A stretch of DNA of 64,000 nucleotides from Camelus dromedarius (lineage: Eukaryota). Every line of letters starts with the position of its first letter. Within the stretch, counting starts at the first letter, position 1. This document shows positions 13,931 to 26,712 of this stretch, piece by piece. The notes under the pieces were generated by a model. That model saw nothing but the letters and a program-made list of their open reading frames with translations. It was not told where the DNA came from and did not search any database. The DNA lies in NCBI RefSeq assembly GCF_036321535.1, contig NC_087436.1, positions 69,690,001 through 69,754,000 of the forward strand, given 5' to 3'. The translations under genes and the position numbers were made by a program.

Positions 13931-14385
13931 GTACTTATTATAACTTTTCCATTTGAAAACTGTAGTCTAAGGACATTAAGCAACCTTTAAGGTAATTATA
14001 ACATTTGTTCATGATAGTTAAGCTTCCTTCTTCAAATTTCATCCCCTTGGCTTCCACAGCTCACAAACTGCTGGAAATTCTCCTCTCTTCTGTTCTTCTT
14101 TCCCTTCTAGGAAACATCCGAGGACCTCTGTATTTTCTGTCAGACATTACATCAGTGTTATCTATGACTTCTCTCCTCAGCCTGCTTCTCTCTTGACTCA
14201 ACACACATTCCTATATGATCTCTTCAATTTCCAGTGTACATTATAATCAATAGACAAATCCTTCTAAATCTTAAGCTCTGGTCTGGACCTTTTCCTCCCC
14301 AATTTAGAATCACATATTCCACTTGCTCCGTGGTCTTTTCTAACTTCACTTCCACTTTAAACTTTCTATTTTACAAATTACAAAA

Positions 14386-14748
14386 TGTCTTACTCAGCTA
14401 AGGCTGCCATAATAAAATGACACAGACTGAGTTGCTTAAACAGCAGACATTTGTTTCTCTTAGTTCTGGAGACTGGGAAGTCCAACAGCAGGGTGCCAGC
14501 ACACTTGGCTTCTTGGTGCAGGCCCCCTGCCTGGCTTACTTACTGTTTCTTCACGTGGTCCAGAGAGAGAAAGCTCCAGTGTCTCTTCTTCTTACAAGGC
14601 CTCTAATCCCATCGGGGGTGAGGGGGCTCTACCCTATGATCTCATTCTACCTAATTTCCTCACAGAGGCCTCACCTACTAATACCTCATATTGGGGGTAT
14701 GACTTCAACATGTGATTTGCGGGGGACACAATATTCAATCCATAATAT
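14386..14748. mobile_element. MaLR (MLT1A/MST-like) solo LTR
   Basis: tgtctta..cagctaaggctgccataataaaat ... agttctggagactgggaagtccaa ... ggggacacaatattcaatccataa. Confidence 0.7.
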
Positions 14749-17112
14749 AAGGTAAACCCCCTGAAGGGCAGGAATAGAAGATCGTCATTTTTGTATCCCA
14801 AATGACTTGGAGATATTTTGTTATCAGGTAGTCAGTCATAAGTTGTTCTTTATTGTCATTTGTGATTTTTTGTTTTTAGTAGTTCACACAGGAATATAAT
14901 GCAAAGTTTTTTATTTAATAAGAAAAGCATGAATTTTGTCATAGACTGAAGATCATGCTTTCATTGTAGGACAAATGAAGAAGGACAAGCAGGAGGAAGA
15001 GGAAGAAATGAAAGAGGAGAGGGACTGGGACTTTCCAGCAATAATATCACCATCAATACTCATTCACAGGTTGCCTTCTAATGCCACCAACTTAATGCCA
15101 CATCTGTGATACACAGTAGCTCTTTATTGATGCTTTTCTTCTAAATGAAAGACCTTGGCATTTTCAAACAGGATGGTGCTTGGTTTAGTATGAACAAGAC
15201 ATCTGTGTTCTTAATATAAAATATCAGGACATGTTCTGGTTCATCAGTCTTCCAAAATGACCCATTGTTCCTATAGGATGAAACCACAAGTAACACAAGA
15301 AGTCTACTCTTTGTTTAGAGTCCACTATTCCTGTTTCTTACTGTCATACGTAATCCCTCCACTTCCTACCGCTTGAAGCAGCAAATGATGGATGGAATAA
15401 TACCTGCATTTTGGTGCCCCAAACTAACATATTAGTGAGTTAAGTTTAATTGTAGGTTTTAAATATTAATGTTAACATCTATCAATTTTTATTACTTGGC
15501 AGATTGTGTTTGTTGCTCTTGTTGCTTGGTAGGGCCTCTGGAGCATTCGTTTTCTTCTTGCTCACTAGGCTGTGACTATCATAGGTCATCTAGAATAGTA
15601 GCTAGGGCCATTGCTTAAATGAATCAATAAGCACAAAAGTGAGTGAAGAAAATCAGTGAGAAAAGGCAGGAGAAATAAAGAATAGAGGAAAGAAGGAAGA
15701 AAATCATTTGTCATTTATGCAATGAATAAAGCAAGGCTCATTTTTAAAAAACAGACTAGTTTCAGGGCTTGCTGAAACCTATGTATCTTTTCTCCATTCA
15801 GAATATACTAGAAATTAGATTTGGTTTGCATTTCAGACAGTATATCTACAAGGCATAGAAATCATTAAAAAATAATTGAAATTGAATTTAACTTTCCTTT
15901 TTTTGCTTTAATAAATCATGTATGTTTTGTATACTATCCAGAGAACAAGAATAATTTGTAAGGAGGTTGTTCATATGCAACATAAAATATTCACCTAATA
16001 AATATGTCCTTAAAACACCTGATACAAAATTGTAAGTTCTAATTATAGGGTGATACCTATAAACAAGTAATACCTTTTTTGAGTATCTATGTGGCTTCTT
16101 AAACTTTATGTTGCTAAAAGAATCACCTGGAGATATTGTTACAATGAGATTCCTAGTGCATGTCCAGGAGTCTGATTCAATGTGTCTGGAAAGAAGGTTA
16201 ATGAATTTGCATTTCCAACAAGTTCTCAGGCGATGCTGATTCCGATGGTCTCATGTAACACATTTTGAGTAACGATGAATAAAGATGTATGATTTATTTA
16301 AATTTTACATGATTTGCTGATTTTTGGTTCTGAATACATTAAATTAGCCAATAAGTAGCAAAGAAATAAATTTTTTTGTAAATTTGTCTAGGGACTTTGT
16401 GAAACCAGTTTAGTTTCTTCTATCTCGTATAATTACATCAACTCATGACTTCCACTGAGAAACGTGTAAGACTCAAAGGAAGGAAATTAAATTCCAACTA
16501 TACGCATCTAGTCCCTATGTGAAATATATACTACTGAGATTTTATGGTTACTTAATTTAAGAATAAGAATTATTTTATCATGCAATACCCAAAAGATTAC
16601 CAAATTTTTCCAAGTGCTTGAATATACTTTAAGAAAATATCCTAAAGTCAATAGAACAAATGTAAAATGTAATAGTTTGTAGGAAACATATTTGAAATAA
16701 ATGATGACTCCAATTTAATTGACAGGTGTCACCATACTAGACAAAGGTAAAATTTTCATTGGATGATATATTTTTGGCATAGATTTGTTCCATTTTGAAC
16801 ATATATTTCTTGAACTAAAGTAAATGGTGTTCTCAAGAAACATTTCTGCCACTTCAATTCTAATGTGATTTACTCTACCATATTTGTCTTTGTCAAAATC
16901 ACGTTTCCTAGATTGACACTGGGATTAACATTTGACATTTCCGTGTGCTTTCTTATCACTCTACTTTACAATATTCTATTGTAAATCACTCTTAATTTCA
17001 CTTAATTAATTTCACTCTTAGTGTCTCTGGGGACAGGATTTGGGCATTATTTGCAGTTTTATATGATCTCATAATTAACATGATTGAGAAAGACAAGTGG
17101 AGGATTTCAGTG

Positions 17113-17120
17113 TATTTAAA
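17113..17120 (+). promoter_or_regulatory. TATA-like box (TATTTAAA) of gene 2
   Basis: Lies about 25-30 nt before the putative exon 1. The same TTTAAATA variant occurs in the CSN1S2 promoter. Confidence 0.6.
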
Positions 17121-17139
17121 TACTTCAGTCCTCTAGGGA

Positions 17140-17207
17140 AGCACATCCTCTCTTAGGACTTCAGAATTTCAGCTTCTCTGACGCGTGAGTCTCATCTTGG
17201 GTGAAAG
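17140..17207 (+). other. STATH: Gene 2 non-coding exon 1
   Basis: Ends ctcatcttgggtgaaag|gtatt, resembling the recalled histatin/statherin exon-1 end. The start is approximate. Confidence 0.6.
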
Positions 17208-17489
17208 GTATTATGCCTAATATGATGTCTTCTACTAATATTTTGCTTGGTAGAATAATCTGAAGAATATTTATTAGGTTCATATTATTTATTGATAATT
17301 GATAATTAGTAATAGAGAAATAATTTAAAGAAATGATCACCCCATGTCAAATCTGAAGGATACAGGATCTTAATGCCTCTGAATTGACAGTGATCATTGT
17401 ACAAAGTAACTGATGTGTAAAATGGAGGAGATATGTTCTGTTGGAAGGGTATGCTAGTAGCCTTTTTATTTTCTTAACATTTATTTCTC

Positions 17490-18000
17490 TGTTTCTGATT
17501 AGTATGAAGTGATAACTTCTTTGTAGTTGTGATTTGCATTTCTCTGGTAGTTGGCAATATTGAGCATCTTTTCATGTGCCCATTGGCCATTGGTACTTCT
17601 TCTTTGAAAAAATGTCTGTTTAGGTCTTCTGCCCATTTTTGATTGGGCTAATTTTTGTTGTTGTTGCTGCTGTTATTGAGTTGCATGAGCTCTTTGTATA
17701 TTCTGGAAATTAAGCCTTTGTCAGTTGAATCGTTTGCAAATATTTTCTTTGAGTCCAAGGGTTGTCTTTTCTTTTTGCTGTAGATTTCCTTTGTTGTGCA
17801 AAACCTTATTAGTTTAATTAAGTCCCATTTATTTATTTTTGCACTTATTTCTATCTATTGTCTTGGTAGACTTACTTGGGAAAATATTGCTACGATTTAT
17901 GACAGAGAATATTTTGCCTAGGTTCTATTCTAGGAGATTTAAGGTGTCCTATCTTATGTTTAAGTCTTTAAGCCACTTTCAGTTTATCTTTGTGTATGAT
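17490..18000 (-). mobile_element. LINE-1 ORF2 fragment, antisense, in intron 1 of gene 2
   Basis: gatttgcatttctctg...ttgagcatcttttcatgtgcc..ttggccatt...gtttaattaagtcccattt. Confidence 0.85.
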
Positions 18001-18879
18001 GTATTTGTGGAAATATTTTTATTTGGATGTTTATAATTCAGATGTAATCTGCTTTAAGTCTTTTTCAACAACAGGAGAACTGTGTTTACTTGCATGTATA
18101 GAATTATAAGTACAAATCAAAGAGTCCTACATTCAGTTAATTTCTTGAATAAGAATATTTGGAAGATTATATCATTTTACCAACTCAATTTCAAAACAAA
18201 AAACTACAAATATTTTTCCTGAAAATTATTTTCAACTTGATTTTTCTCTACCCACTATTATTAAATTTCTATTACCAGGTTACACCATCCACATAATTCT
18301 CAAGCCAGAAAACTAGCTCACCTTCACTAACTCTATTATAAACTCAGTCCTTGTCATTCTACCTTCTAAACATCTCTTTAAACTTTGCTTTAATTATGAT
18401 CACTAATGTCATTATTTCAAGCCTCTATGACTTCACGACAATCTAAGTAGTCAGTCTGTCTCCATTTTTGCCCTTCTTACAAGCTGAACTTTTTCACTTT
18501 CATGGTACCGCATTTTTTTGTTTGTTTGTTTGTTTACGAGCTCCCAACAACTCTTTACTTACCCTATATACTGTAATGCAAATTTTGCCTTTTTCTTTTT
18601 TTAACACCGCCATTCGCTTGGCCTGTTTCAGATGTCTGTTTTATTAATGTTTGTAGAAATGTGGTGTTTCGATATCACAACATTTGCCTTTACTTATCAA
18701 GGTCCCTACTAGTCTCTAATTTCCACTATTTCAGGCAGTGTGTTTCAATTGTCTTTGTATTTCTCATCTGTTTCACAAGGCTTCAGAACACAGTTCGATC
18801 AATAAATGTTTGGTTTGTAAAGGCAGCAGTGAATGTGCTACTGATTTTTCGCATATGCTTTCACAGGACTCTGCCCAAT

Positions 18880-18930
18880 ATGAAGATCCTTCTCTTTGCC
18901 TTTATTATGGCTCTCATGTTAGCCATGATT
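18880..18930 (+). CDS. STATH: Gene 2 coding exon (signal peptide)
   Basis: tttcacag acceptor at 18866, ATG at 18880, gtaagt donor. Confidence 0.9.
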
Positions 18931-20238
18931 GTAAGTATGTCGGGCAATTTTGAACAATATGCTATCAGTAATTGTCTAAAGTATCTCTCATATTTCTTGT
19001 CCTCTGGCCAAGATTTGCATTTATTTGAACATGCCTTGATAGATTTTAATGTTTTTATATGAACATTTTTCTTGCACTAAGCTACATAGGTCATTAATGA
19101 CTTAAAATGTATTTTGAGTATGTGCACCCACATGCACATACTCAAACACACCCTAAACATACTAAACGCGCTCAGACCTCATGAAGTGTAACTGGCATAA
19201 TGTAAAAATAAAATTCGTAAGAGCCCCATAAAGATGTGAGGCTGGGAGGCTGATAAAAGACACTTAAATACTAAAAGCTCTACACCTACCAGGTGTTCCA
19301 AGCTGGTCTTGTCATTTACTACTGTGTGTCATTAGGTAAAACTTGACTTCTCTGAATTGCTTCCCTCCTCCTTCCTTTCCTCCTCCTCCCTTTCTCCATA
19401 ACCTTGTTTCTTTTTCTGTTAAAATTAATGGTCCCTTTTACTTTGGTATTCTTTGTGCTTAGTAATAGAGAAATACTAGCGGATGTTTAAAAAACAACTT
19501 GGTTATGATATCACAATCCATCACATTATTTATCATGAAATGATAGAAATGGAAAAATACAAATTTAAAAAGAACAGAGAAAAATGTAATACCTGGCTCT
19601 ATCAGCTCAGTAAGATTTGAGTGTAAGTAACTTTGAGCTACTCAAACGTATCCTAATAAAATACATTTGTCCTAAGCAAATCCAAAGTTTACCTTTTTGT
19701 TTTCACTCTCCTACTCACAGAGATGGGTTTTCTTCCCTTTCACACACTAAAGAAATTTAAACCAGAGGAGATGTTTGAAAATAGCAAATTAATTACAATA
19801 AAAATCTATTATTCACTCATTTTAAAGATTTCATTAAACAATAAAAAAAAAAAAGCCTACTGTATCAGTTAACCTAAGACTTTACTTCCATTTTCTCTTG
19901 CTCACAATTGTGACAACTAAGAGGTTTTTTTACACTTAAACTTGAGTTATAAAATTAAGATGTTAACTATTTTCTTCTTTTCTTTTCCCAAGGGAGCTGA
20001 TACGTCTGAAGAGGTAAGACACATTCATTCACTGAAGAAGTTGAAAATTAAGCATGTATTAAAATTTTAATTTGTTCTTTATTTTAACAGGAACATTTTC
20101 ATAGGAGACGTTTCCTGGTGAGTATTTCTCTAATGATATGGAATAGTAACAACACATTTTCTTCTCCGAGTATTTATTCTCTGAGGTGGCCATACCTAAT
20201 TCTGAAATCTGTTTATATAATGAGTGACTAAAATATAC

Positions 20239-20269
<31 letters not shown>

Positions 20270-21351
20270 TAAAATACCCTGGGAAAAGCCCCCGTAGTGT
20301 TATATATTAGTAGCATTTAGGTAGAAACTCATAATGCCAACCTGAAGAGTCCAATTATTTTCTCAGATCTCAAGTACTTTTGTCTGGTAAATAATTGCCT
20401 TGGCCTAAAGAATGGTTGAAATTCTAATTCTTTTGGGCATGATATATACCTAATGGAACATAAAGGTTGCTAAAAACATTTCTGCTGTTATCAGTTTCCC
20501 ACTTATTCTTCTGAAGGGTGATGAAGTCATTAAGTTAAATTAGCGATGTTAAATAAGATAGGAAATTTAATTTATTTCACATTTTTCTTAATGAAATGTA
20601 TCCCTGATCTCTCACATTATTTTGACATGGCATATCCACGTTGTAAGTTCTCAAAAATTTACACTAGTATAGTAAGTAGATGAATTAAAATGGCATCAAA
20701 TATCACTTCTCGGCCATTTGGCTAAGATCAAGTGTAAAATGGCATCAAATAAAAAGATGCAGAAGGAAGGATGAAGGATACTTGAATTAACAGAAGTGAA
20801 TGTTAAAGAACGTACCAGTTTGGAGACAGTAAGCTTATTAGAATTCAAGAGTGAGAAGAACCAGTCCCACCTACCCCAGAACTAGTAAATTCCTCCTCCC
20901 TGGACTTCTCACTGTTGGGCAAAGCTTGGAGTTAATATTACAAAAAAATATTTAAAACTTTTTTCAGTGGCTGGCCGTAATCAATGCCCCCATATATATT
21001 ATGTAACAACAAAACTGTCAACAAACAGTAAAAATGTAAATGCTTTATTCTTTTACCTTTTTAAAGACATTTTTTCTTATAAAACAGTAGAAATCTAACT
21101 AAAAGTTTGAAAAAACAATCATGTAGATGATGTATAAAGTCCTACCAATAATGACAACCTAAGTTTTCAATGGGAATTATGGTGAAATATTTGCACTGGC
21201 ATTGTCTCAATTTCTCTGCAATGTTCTCTTTCCTTTTGTTTGAATACAGAGAGGGAGTCCCATACGTCAGGATCCAGACATTCAACAATATGAGCCAATA
21301 CCTATTTATCCACAACCTCAAGATCCATTTCCTTCTGGGGCTCATCAGTAA
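18880..21351 (+). CDS. STATH: Statherin-family secreted peptide, gene 2 (spliced CDS 18880-18930, 19993-20013, 20091-20117, 21250-21351; 66 aa)
   Basis: The exons give MKILLFAFIMALMLAMI-GADTSEE-EHFHRRRFL-RGSPIRQDPDIQQYEPIPIYPQPQDPFPSGAHQ*. All splice sites are canonical, the ORF is intact and the introns are collinear with gene 1. The symbol is tentative. Confidence 0.8.
19993..20013 (+). CDS. STATH: Gene 2 coding exon GADTSEE
   Basis: cccaag acceptor, 21 nt, gtaag donor. Confidence 0.88.
20091..20117 (+). CDS. STATH: Gene 2 coding exon EHFHRRRFL
   Basis: ttaacag acceptor, 27 nt, gtgagt donor. Confidence 0.85.
20239..20269. repeat. (ATTG)n microsatellite
   Basis: Directly visible. Confidence 0.9.
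20702..20735 (+). pseudogene. 3'-truncated U2 snRNA retropseudogene with 15-bp target-site duplication
   Basis: atcacttctcggccatttggctaagatcaagtgt matches the U2 5' end (ATCGCTTCTCGGCCTTTTGGCTAAGATCAAGTGT) with 2 mismatches. It is flanked by aaaatggcatcaaat at 20687-20701 and 20736-20750. Confidence 0.93.
21250..21351 (+). CDS. STATH: Gene 2 last coding exon (P/Q-rich; exon continues to 21368)
   Basis: aatacag acceptor, TAA at 21349-21351, donor cag|gtaag at 21368/21369. Confidence 0.85.
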   Translation, partial: RGSPIRQDPDIQQYEPIPIYPQPQDPFPSGAHQ

Positions 21352-24000
21352 CCAGACTGATTAGACAGGTAAGCTGGGTCTAGTGACATTTTACTTTTTC
21401 CACAAGTATCAATGATGACAGTTAAAATAAGACAAAGCAATCAATCAAACCAAAAGCAGCTCCAGTGTAAGAAATGTTGCATGGTGTAGCTCTCCTAAGT
21501 GTACTTATTTATCTGAATGTTTCCAAAAGAATACTTCTGTCCTGGTATGGTGCCAAGACTAGAATGCTTGTATCCTGGCCTAACAATTATTTGAGCTGTT
21601 CTTAATCTGTTCTAAACTACAACTTTCCATCGGACAAAATAGGTATTATCATAATAATTAACTTCTTAATAGAATCATGAGACTAATAAATGTTCTGTTA
21701 CATAAAAGCGCTTGAACAGAATCACATATAATTGTGACTGTAGGCTGCCCTGCTGCTAAGATTGCACCTGGATATATTTTTTTAAGCTTTCCTTCCAATT
21801 GTAAACTCTGGAGAAGCTGCACAAACATCACATGGGAACTTGTCAGAAATTTAGAGTCTGAAGTCACAGCCAGACCTCATGAACCAGGATTTGCATTTTA
21901 AGAAGATCCTTACATGGTTCGTAACTCAATAATGTTTAAGAAACTTTCCTTGAGAATTCTGATGAGGAATTAGAATAGACACCACTGCAATTAATACAAT
22001 ACCAACAAGAAATAAGGATATAGAACCAATTCACATTTAGAAAGTCAATTTATCTAAAACAACATTAAAGGTTCTAAATTCTCTGCAATATTAGATACTT
22101 CACTACTAGGTAAAACAATATTTTTGGAGATAAAAGAATGCTGTCCCACAACTTAAAGCTGAAATAATTCCAAAGAATTTCAATTATTTTTAAATGGAGG
22201 TTGAGAATTTATTCAAATTGAATTCCCTGTTACCATTAATAATAGGACAAAGAGTCTGAACTTCACTCCCTAGGCATTAGGTAATAGCTGGAGATATTTG
22301 ATCAAGAAAGAATATATTAAAAACACTATTTGGTACAGATAAACATAGGTGAAATGTGTGTGCATATTTAAGTGGTGAGGCAGGGGGACTCAAATTGGTT
22401 GGTGAGATAAAGACTTCAAAGAAATGAGAGAAAAGGGCCCTAAGGAAAGGCAATCAATGGATCTGGTGATGTATTGAATGGAAGAACCAATCAGGGAAAG
22501 AGAATAAAAAGAAATGGATGCAAGTTGTCAGGACTGGCTTAGCAAATCAATGTGCTAGGCAAATTTGGCTTTCAGAAAAGAGACAATATTTCTATTGCTT
22601 GTCTGTTTCTTTGTTGTTATTCTTGTTTTTTAAATTCAGGGAATGCTGCTTTATGTATATGTTTGGTGGGGTGTAAGTAAGGGAAGCTGAAGAAAATATT
22701 TTGACTATGTTCATTTTGAAAGGAGAAAAGCATTCAAAGTGTAAGTCCGAGTGGACTGAACTACAAACCTAAACCACTGAAACTCATATGAGAAGTGACA
22801 AGTGGAGAAAAAAAAAAGATGATAGAAATTATCTCCTGAATTTTTCAATATTCACTCACTATTTCTCACATCCCTGAACTACCTAGAAAAGTAATATTGG
22901 CCTCATATATAATTAGTTCAACTAGGAGAGTTGAAGACATGGAAATAAAGGAGCTCTTTTAAAGATTGCAATGAAATAATTGGATTTAAATACAGTCTCT
23001 TGCATCGTTATTTTAGGAAACTCGTATTCATTCATTCAACAGTTATTTCGTCACCACTCATAAGCATGCAGTGTGATAGCCACTGTAGATATAAATACCA
23101 TCAAGTCAGTCTCAGCACTTGAAACTTATCTTCTAGTTTTATCATCTATTTTAAAGATGGATGTAAAAACAAGCAATCATCAGCCAGAATATCTTTTGAC
23201 AAAGGAGTGACATGATTGGATGCCTTATTTAGGCATTTCATAAAAGGAAGAGTAAGCCAGGTGGAGTGCGAGGGAGTACAGACAAACAATAGAAAGTTCA
23301 TTTGGAAACTATCAAAATAATTTTGCATGAGCAGTAATAGTCTGATTTAAGAAACAGTGGTAGATATAGCACCAAATTAGTATAGAGACTGGTTATATCA
23401 ATATTTTAGAATAATTTAATAAAGTATTTTTATATGTAGAATTTTAAATAAGCACAGTTTTTGGTAAAGGATCTGTGACAATTCAAATAAAAACAAAAGC
23501 AAACTTCGGTAAGGAGAGATTTCATTCAGAATGGAGAACACTGTAAGGGGAAGAATGCTCAAATCTCAGAAATCTGCAAGGGTCTCAAAAGCAAACAGAA
23601 ACAGGCTTTATTTGTTAGATAAAGAGAGGTAAATCAAGATTAGCAGAAACTTTTGGGGGAATTTGGGCAAACGTAAGGCAATGGCCTGAAGGATCTGACT
23701 GAAGAAGTGTCCCATGAGGTCACTTGATTCTCAGAATAAGCCACTAAGGAGGCATGTTCCACATTTTAGTCCTTGTCCAGGCTTGGGGGCAAGCAGAGAT
23801 AGGGGCACCAGGAAAGAGAGAAGTCCAACGAACACGTGAAGGAGACAGAGCTGGGAGTTACAAATGGGCCATTGTGAACACTTGGTCAGAGAGAAAGAAG
23901 TACGCCTGGATATCACTCAAAAACAAAAAGCATATCGGTACTAGCAAGGACTTCGTCTGTAGTTCAGATTTAATAAAAAGCATATTTTCTTTTCCTGCAG

Positions 24001-24285
24001 GCTTGATGAGGCTATTTGCTTTGTACTCTTGATGAATCTTGCTACTCTCCTGCTGTGTCCAAATCCCATCTTTCTAAATAACAACAAGAACAAAAATGAA
24101 AAAGAAAATGCAATCACTACTTTTCCATGAACAACACAAAATTGTGAGTTATCAAGATTTTTTTAGATGGTAGTAATTTTGTCCTCTGAAGTACTTGATT
24201 GTTTTCTATTTTCTCTTCTTTGTTAAAATATTTCCAAAAAAAAAAAAACTTGCCACGCATAATAAATTGATCCATCAAGCATATA
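24001..24285 (+). other. STATH: Gene 2 terminal 3'-UTR exon with AATAAA at 24261-24266
   Basis: ttttcctgcag acceptor at 24000; paralogous to 6551-6825. Confidence 0.7.
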
Positions 24286-26552
24286 CTGGTTATCCTGTTG
24301 TATTAGCTTTCTAGGGCTACCTTAACAAAGCCCAAAAGTGGTGGCTACAAACCAGAATCTTATGTTTTCACAGTTCTGTGGACAGAGCCTAGCTCTGTCT
24401 GATGGCTCTAGGGTACAATGAAATCACTTTTATACACTTAGGGCCCTTCATTTCAAGTATGCCTATTATACACACTGTAGTTGAATGCTACGAATACAAT
24501 AAGCTGTGCTCTCAGTACTGTTCAGTCCTCACCCTAACATCTCTCTGCTTCGTTCCTGCTCCCATCTGTTACCACAAACAACCTTCACCAAAATGCTCAG
24601 GTCTCCAATCATAGCCCCTGCTTGCCCAGATGACAGCCCACAGTATGACTCCCCAAGAAGCAATTCAGGCCCTGAGAACGCAAACCTTCTAAGGCCTTGC
24701 ATCAGCAGTTTAGACTTTCTTTCAACAAACTGAACACCAATGATACGCTAAACATTTTTCCTAGATGTTACTGAACAGCAGAAAATAAAACAAGGCCCCG
24801 GCTTTAATGATATTTACATTCCCATCACTGGAGGAAGACAAACGAGAAAAGCAGCATGACATGGTAATGAATCACTAGGCTGTACTGTACACCGGAAATG
24901 AACACAATATCGTAAATCAGCTCTACTTCAATTAAAAAAAAAAGCAGCAGCGATACATGGTATGCCAAGCAGAGATACTTGCACTAAAGAACAAGGCAGA
25001 GCAGCAGAGGAGTAACTTAGATAGGGCAGTCAGAAAGGCCATTCCGACAAGTGGAAGTTTGACCAGTGAAATGAAAATAATGTGAGAATGAGCTGGAGAA
25101 ACACAGTTCCAGTAGAAGATAGTGCTGTTTTGCAACCTCATAGAGAGCTTACTGAGTGTAATATGAACGTAACCCCCTTACACGGAGGGCAAGGACAGAC
25201 CAAACAAAGAGGCAGACCTCTCCAGGTTTAATAAGCAAGGGAACTTACTTGCAAGGCTTGTCTTAGGTGGCTGCAAGACCAGTGGATTTCCACACCACAC
25301 ACCCGAATCTTAAAAGTTTATATAGAGGCATTAACTGGATTCAGTGGTGTACAGAGTAGGACTTAGCCGGATTGAAATAGCGTCAACAGCACATTTCTGT
25401 TTCAAGGCTGTATCCTTGGAGCGGTTTCTGGGCATCATGGAAGGCAAGCAGAATGCCCAGGGGAGGGGGCAAAGAGCCTCCCTACCTCCCTTGTGGGTCA
25501 ACTGACTGTCACATCTTTCTGATGGCTTCTTTCAGCAAACAGTAAAGCAAATTCACTGAGGTGGGTGCAAGCGTAGAGGAACAGGAACGCATGAAAAAGC
25601 TAAGCATGTCTTTAGAAAACCTAGGGATGTGAGGAATTCAAAGAAAGTGCATCAGGAAGCAGTGAAGACTACTACGACATGGCAGTCTGTGTTATGCAAT
25701 TGGTTTGAGGTGGGAGACCACCTGAGAGGCATTATGTGACATATGTATTTCAGAAGGGTAAAATGAGTAAAAGCTGGGGACTTCTGATTTCACTTCAAAG
25801 ACTCTTCCAATCAGTCAAGCCTCTCCCACCACAGCAATCCATTCTATTTATTTCCACTTGCCTGCCTTCCTTTCCTACTTACCTGGACTCCATCATTGAT
25901 CGTTTTAACTATTCTCTTCATAGTTCACACTGCCTTTCTGCCTTTAACCATCCTGCCTGGAAAAACCCCAACACTAGAAATCCTTAAAATTCACTCCCAC
26001 TGCCATTTTACCCAGGCAGCTAAATTCTAAAGGAAAAAAATATCTCCCAACCATATAACTGCCCCCTGTATATTTATGTATCTTTTAATTTACTGAACAC
26101 TCAAAACTCCTTACCGAATATTTTCTTGTTGTTAGAAGGTAGCTATATTTCCTTTTTTGGTCTTCAAAAACCATTAGTCGTTCCATTATTCTCCACAGGG
26201 CTTGAATTTTCTCTCCTTCACTCATTAGCAGAAAATAATCTCCCTTTCTTCACCAAAGAAGACATCAAATTTATCAACCATAAGCATCAACCTCCCAGTC
26301 TAATCTTTCTATAAGTTGATCTAAATTTGAACGTGGACCTTCACCTTCCAGTCCCAAAAATGTGCTGATCTTCTAGTCCAAAGCCAACATCGCTTTCTCT
26401 TTCTTTTCACTCCCTTCCAAAGCTATTCTTTTCTCATGAGAATGATTATGATGAAAGTAGTAATAATGATTTTACAGCTAGAATTTACTGAGCGCCCATC
26501 ATGTGCCTTGTGATTAATACGCACTGTATCAGCTAACTCTCACAATCATTAC

Positions 26553-26712
26553 TTTTTAACACCTTTATTATGGTATGGTTCCTGTATAGTAATCTACACT
26601 TAGGTCAGCTGTACAGTTTGATGAATTTTGTTAGATGTAGGCACCAATGAAACCACTGCCACAATCAAGATAGCTAACATTTCCATCACTCCCCAAGAGG
26701 TGCAATTTTCAA
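26553..26712 (-). mobile_element. 5'-truncated L1-type 3' end, antisense, with degenerate TSD
   Basis: Reverse complement of ~43792-43950. Flanked by aactctcacaatcatta and aactcttacaattatta. Confidence 0.7.

Noticed and set aside
18661..19062. 133-aa ORF
   Set aside because: Only 18880-18930 is exonic; the rest is intron read-through.
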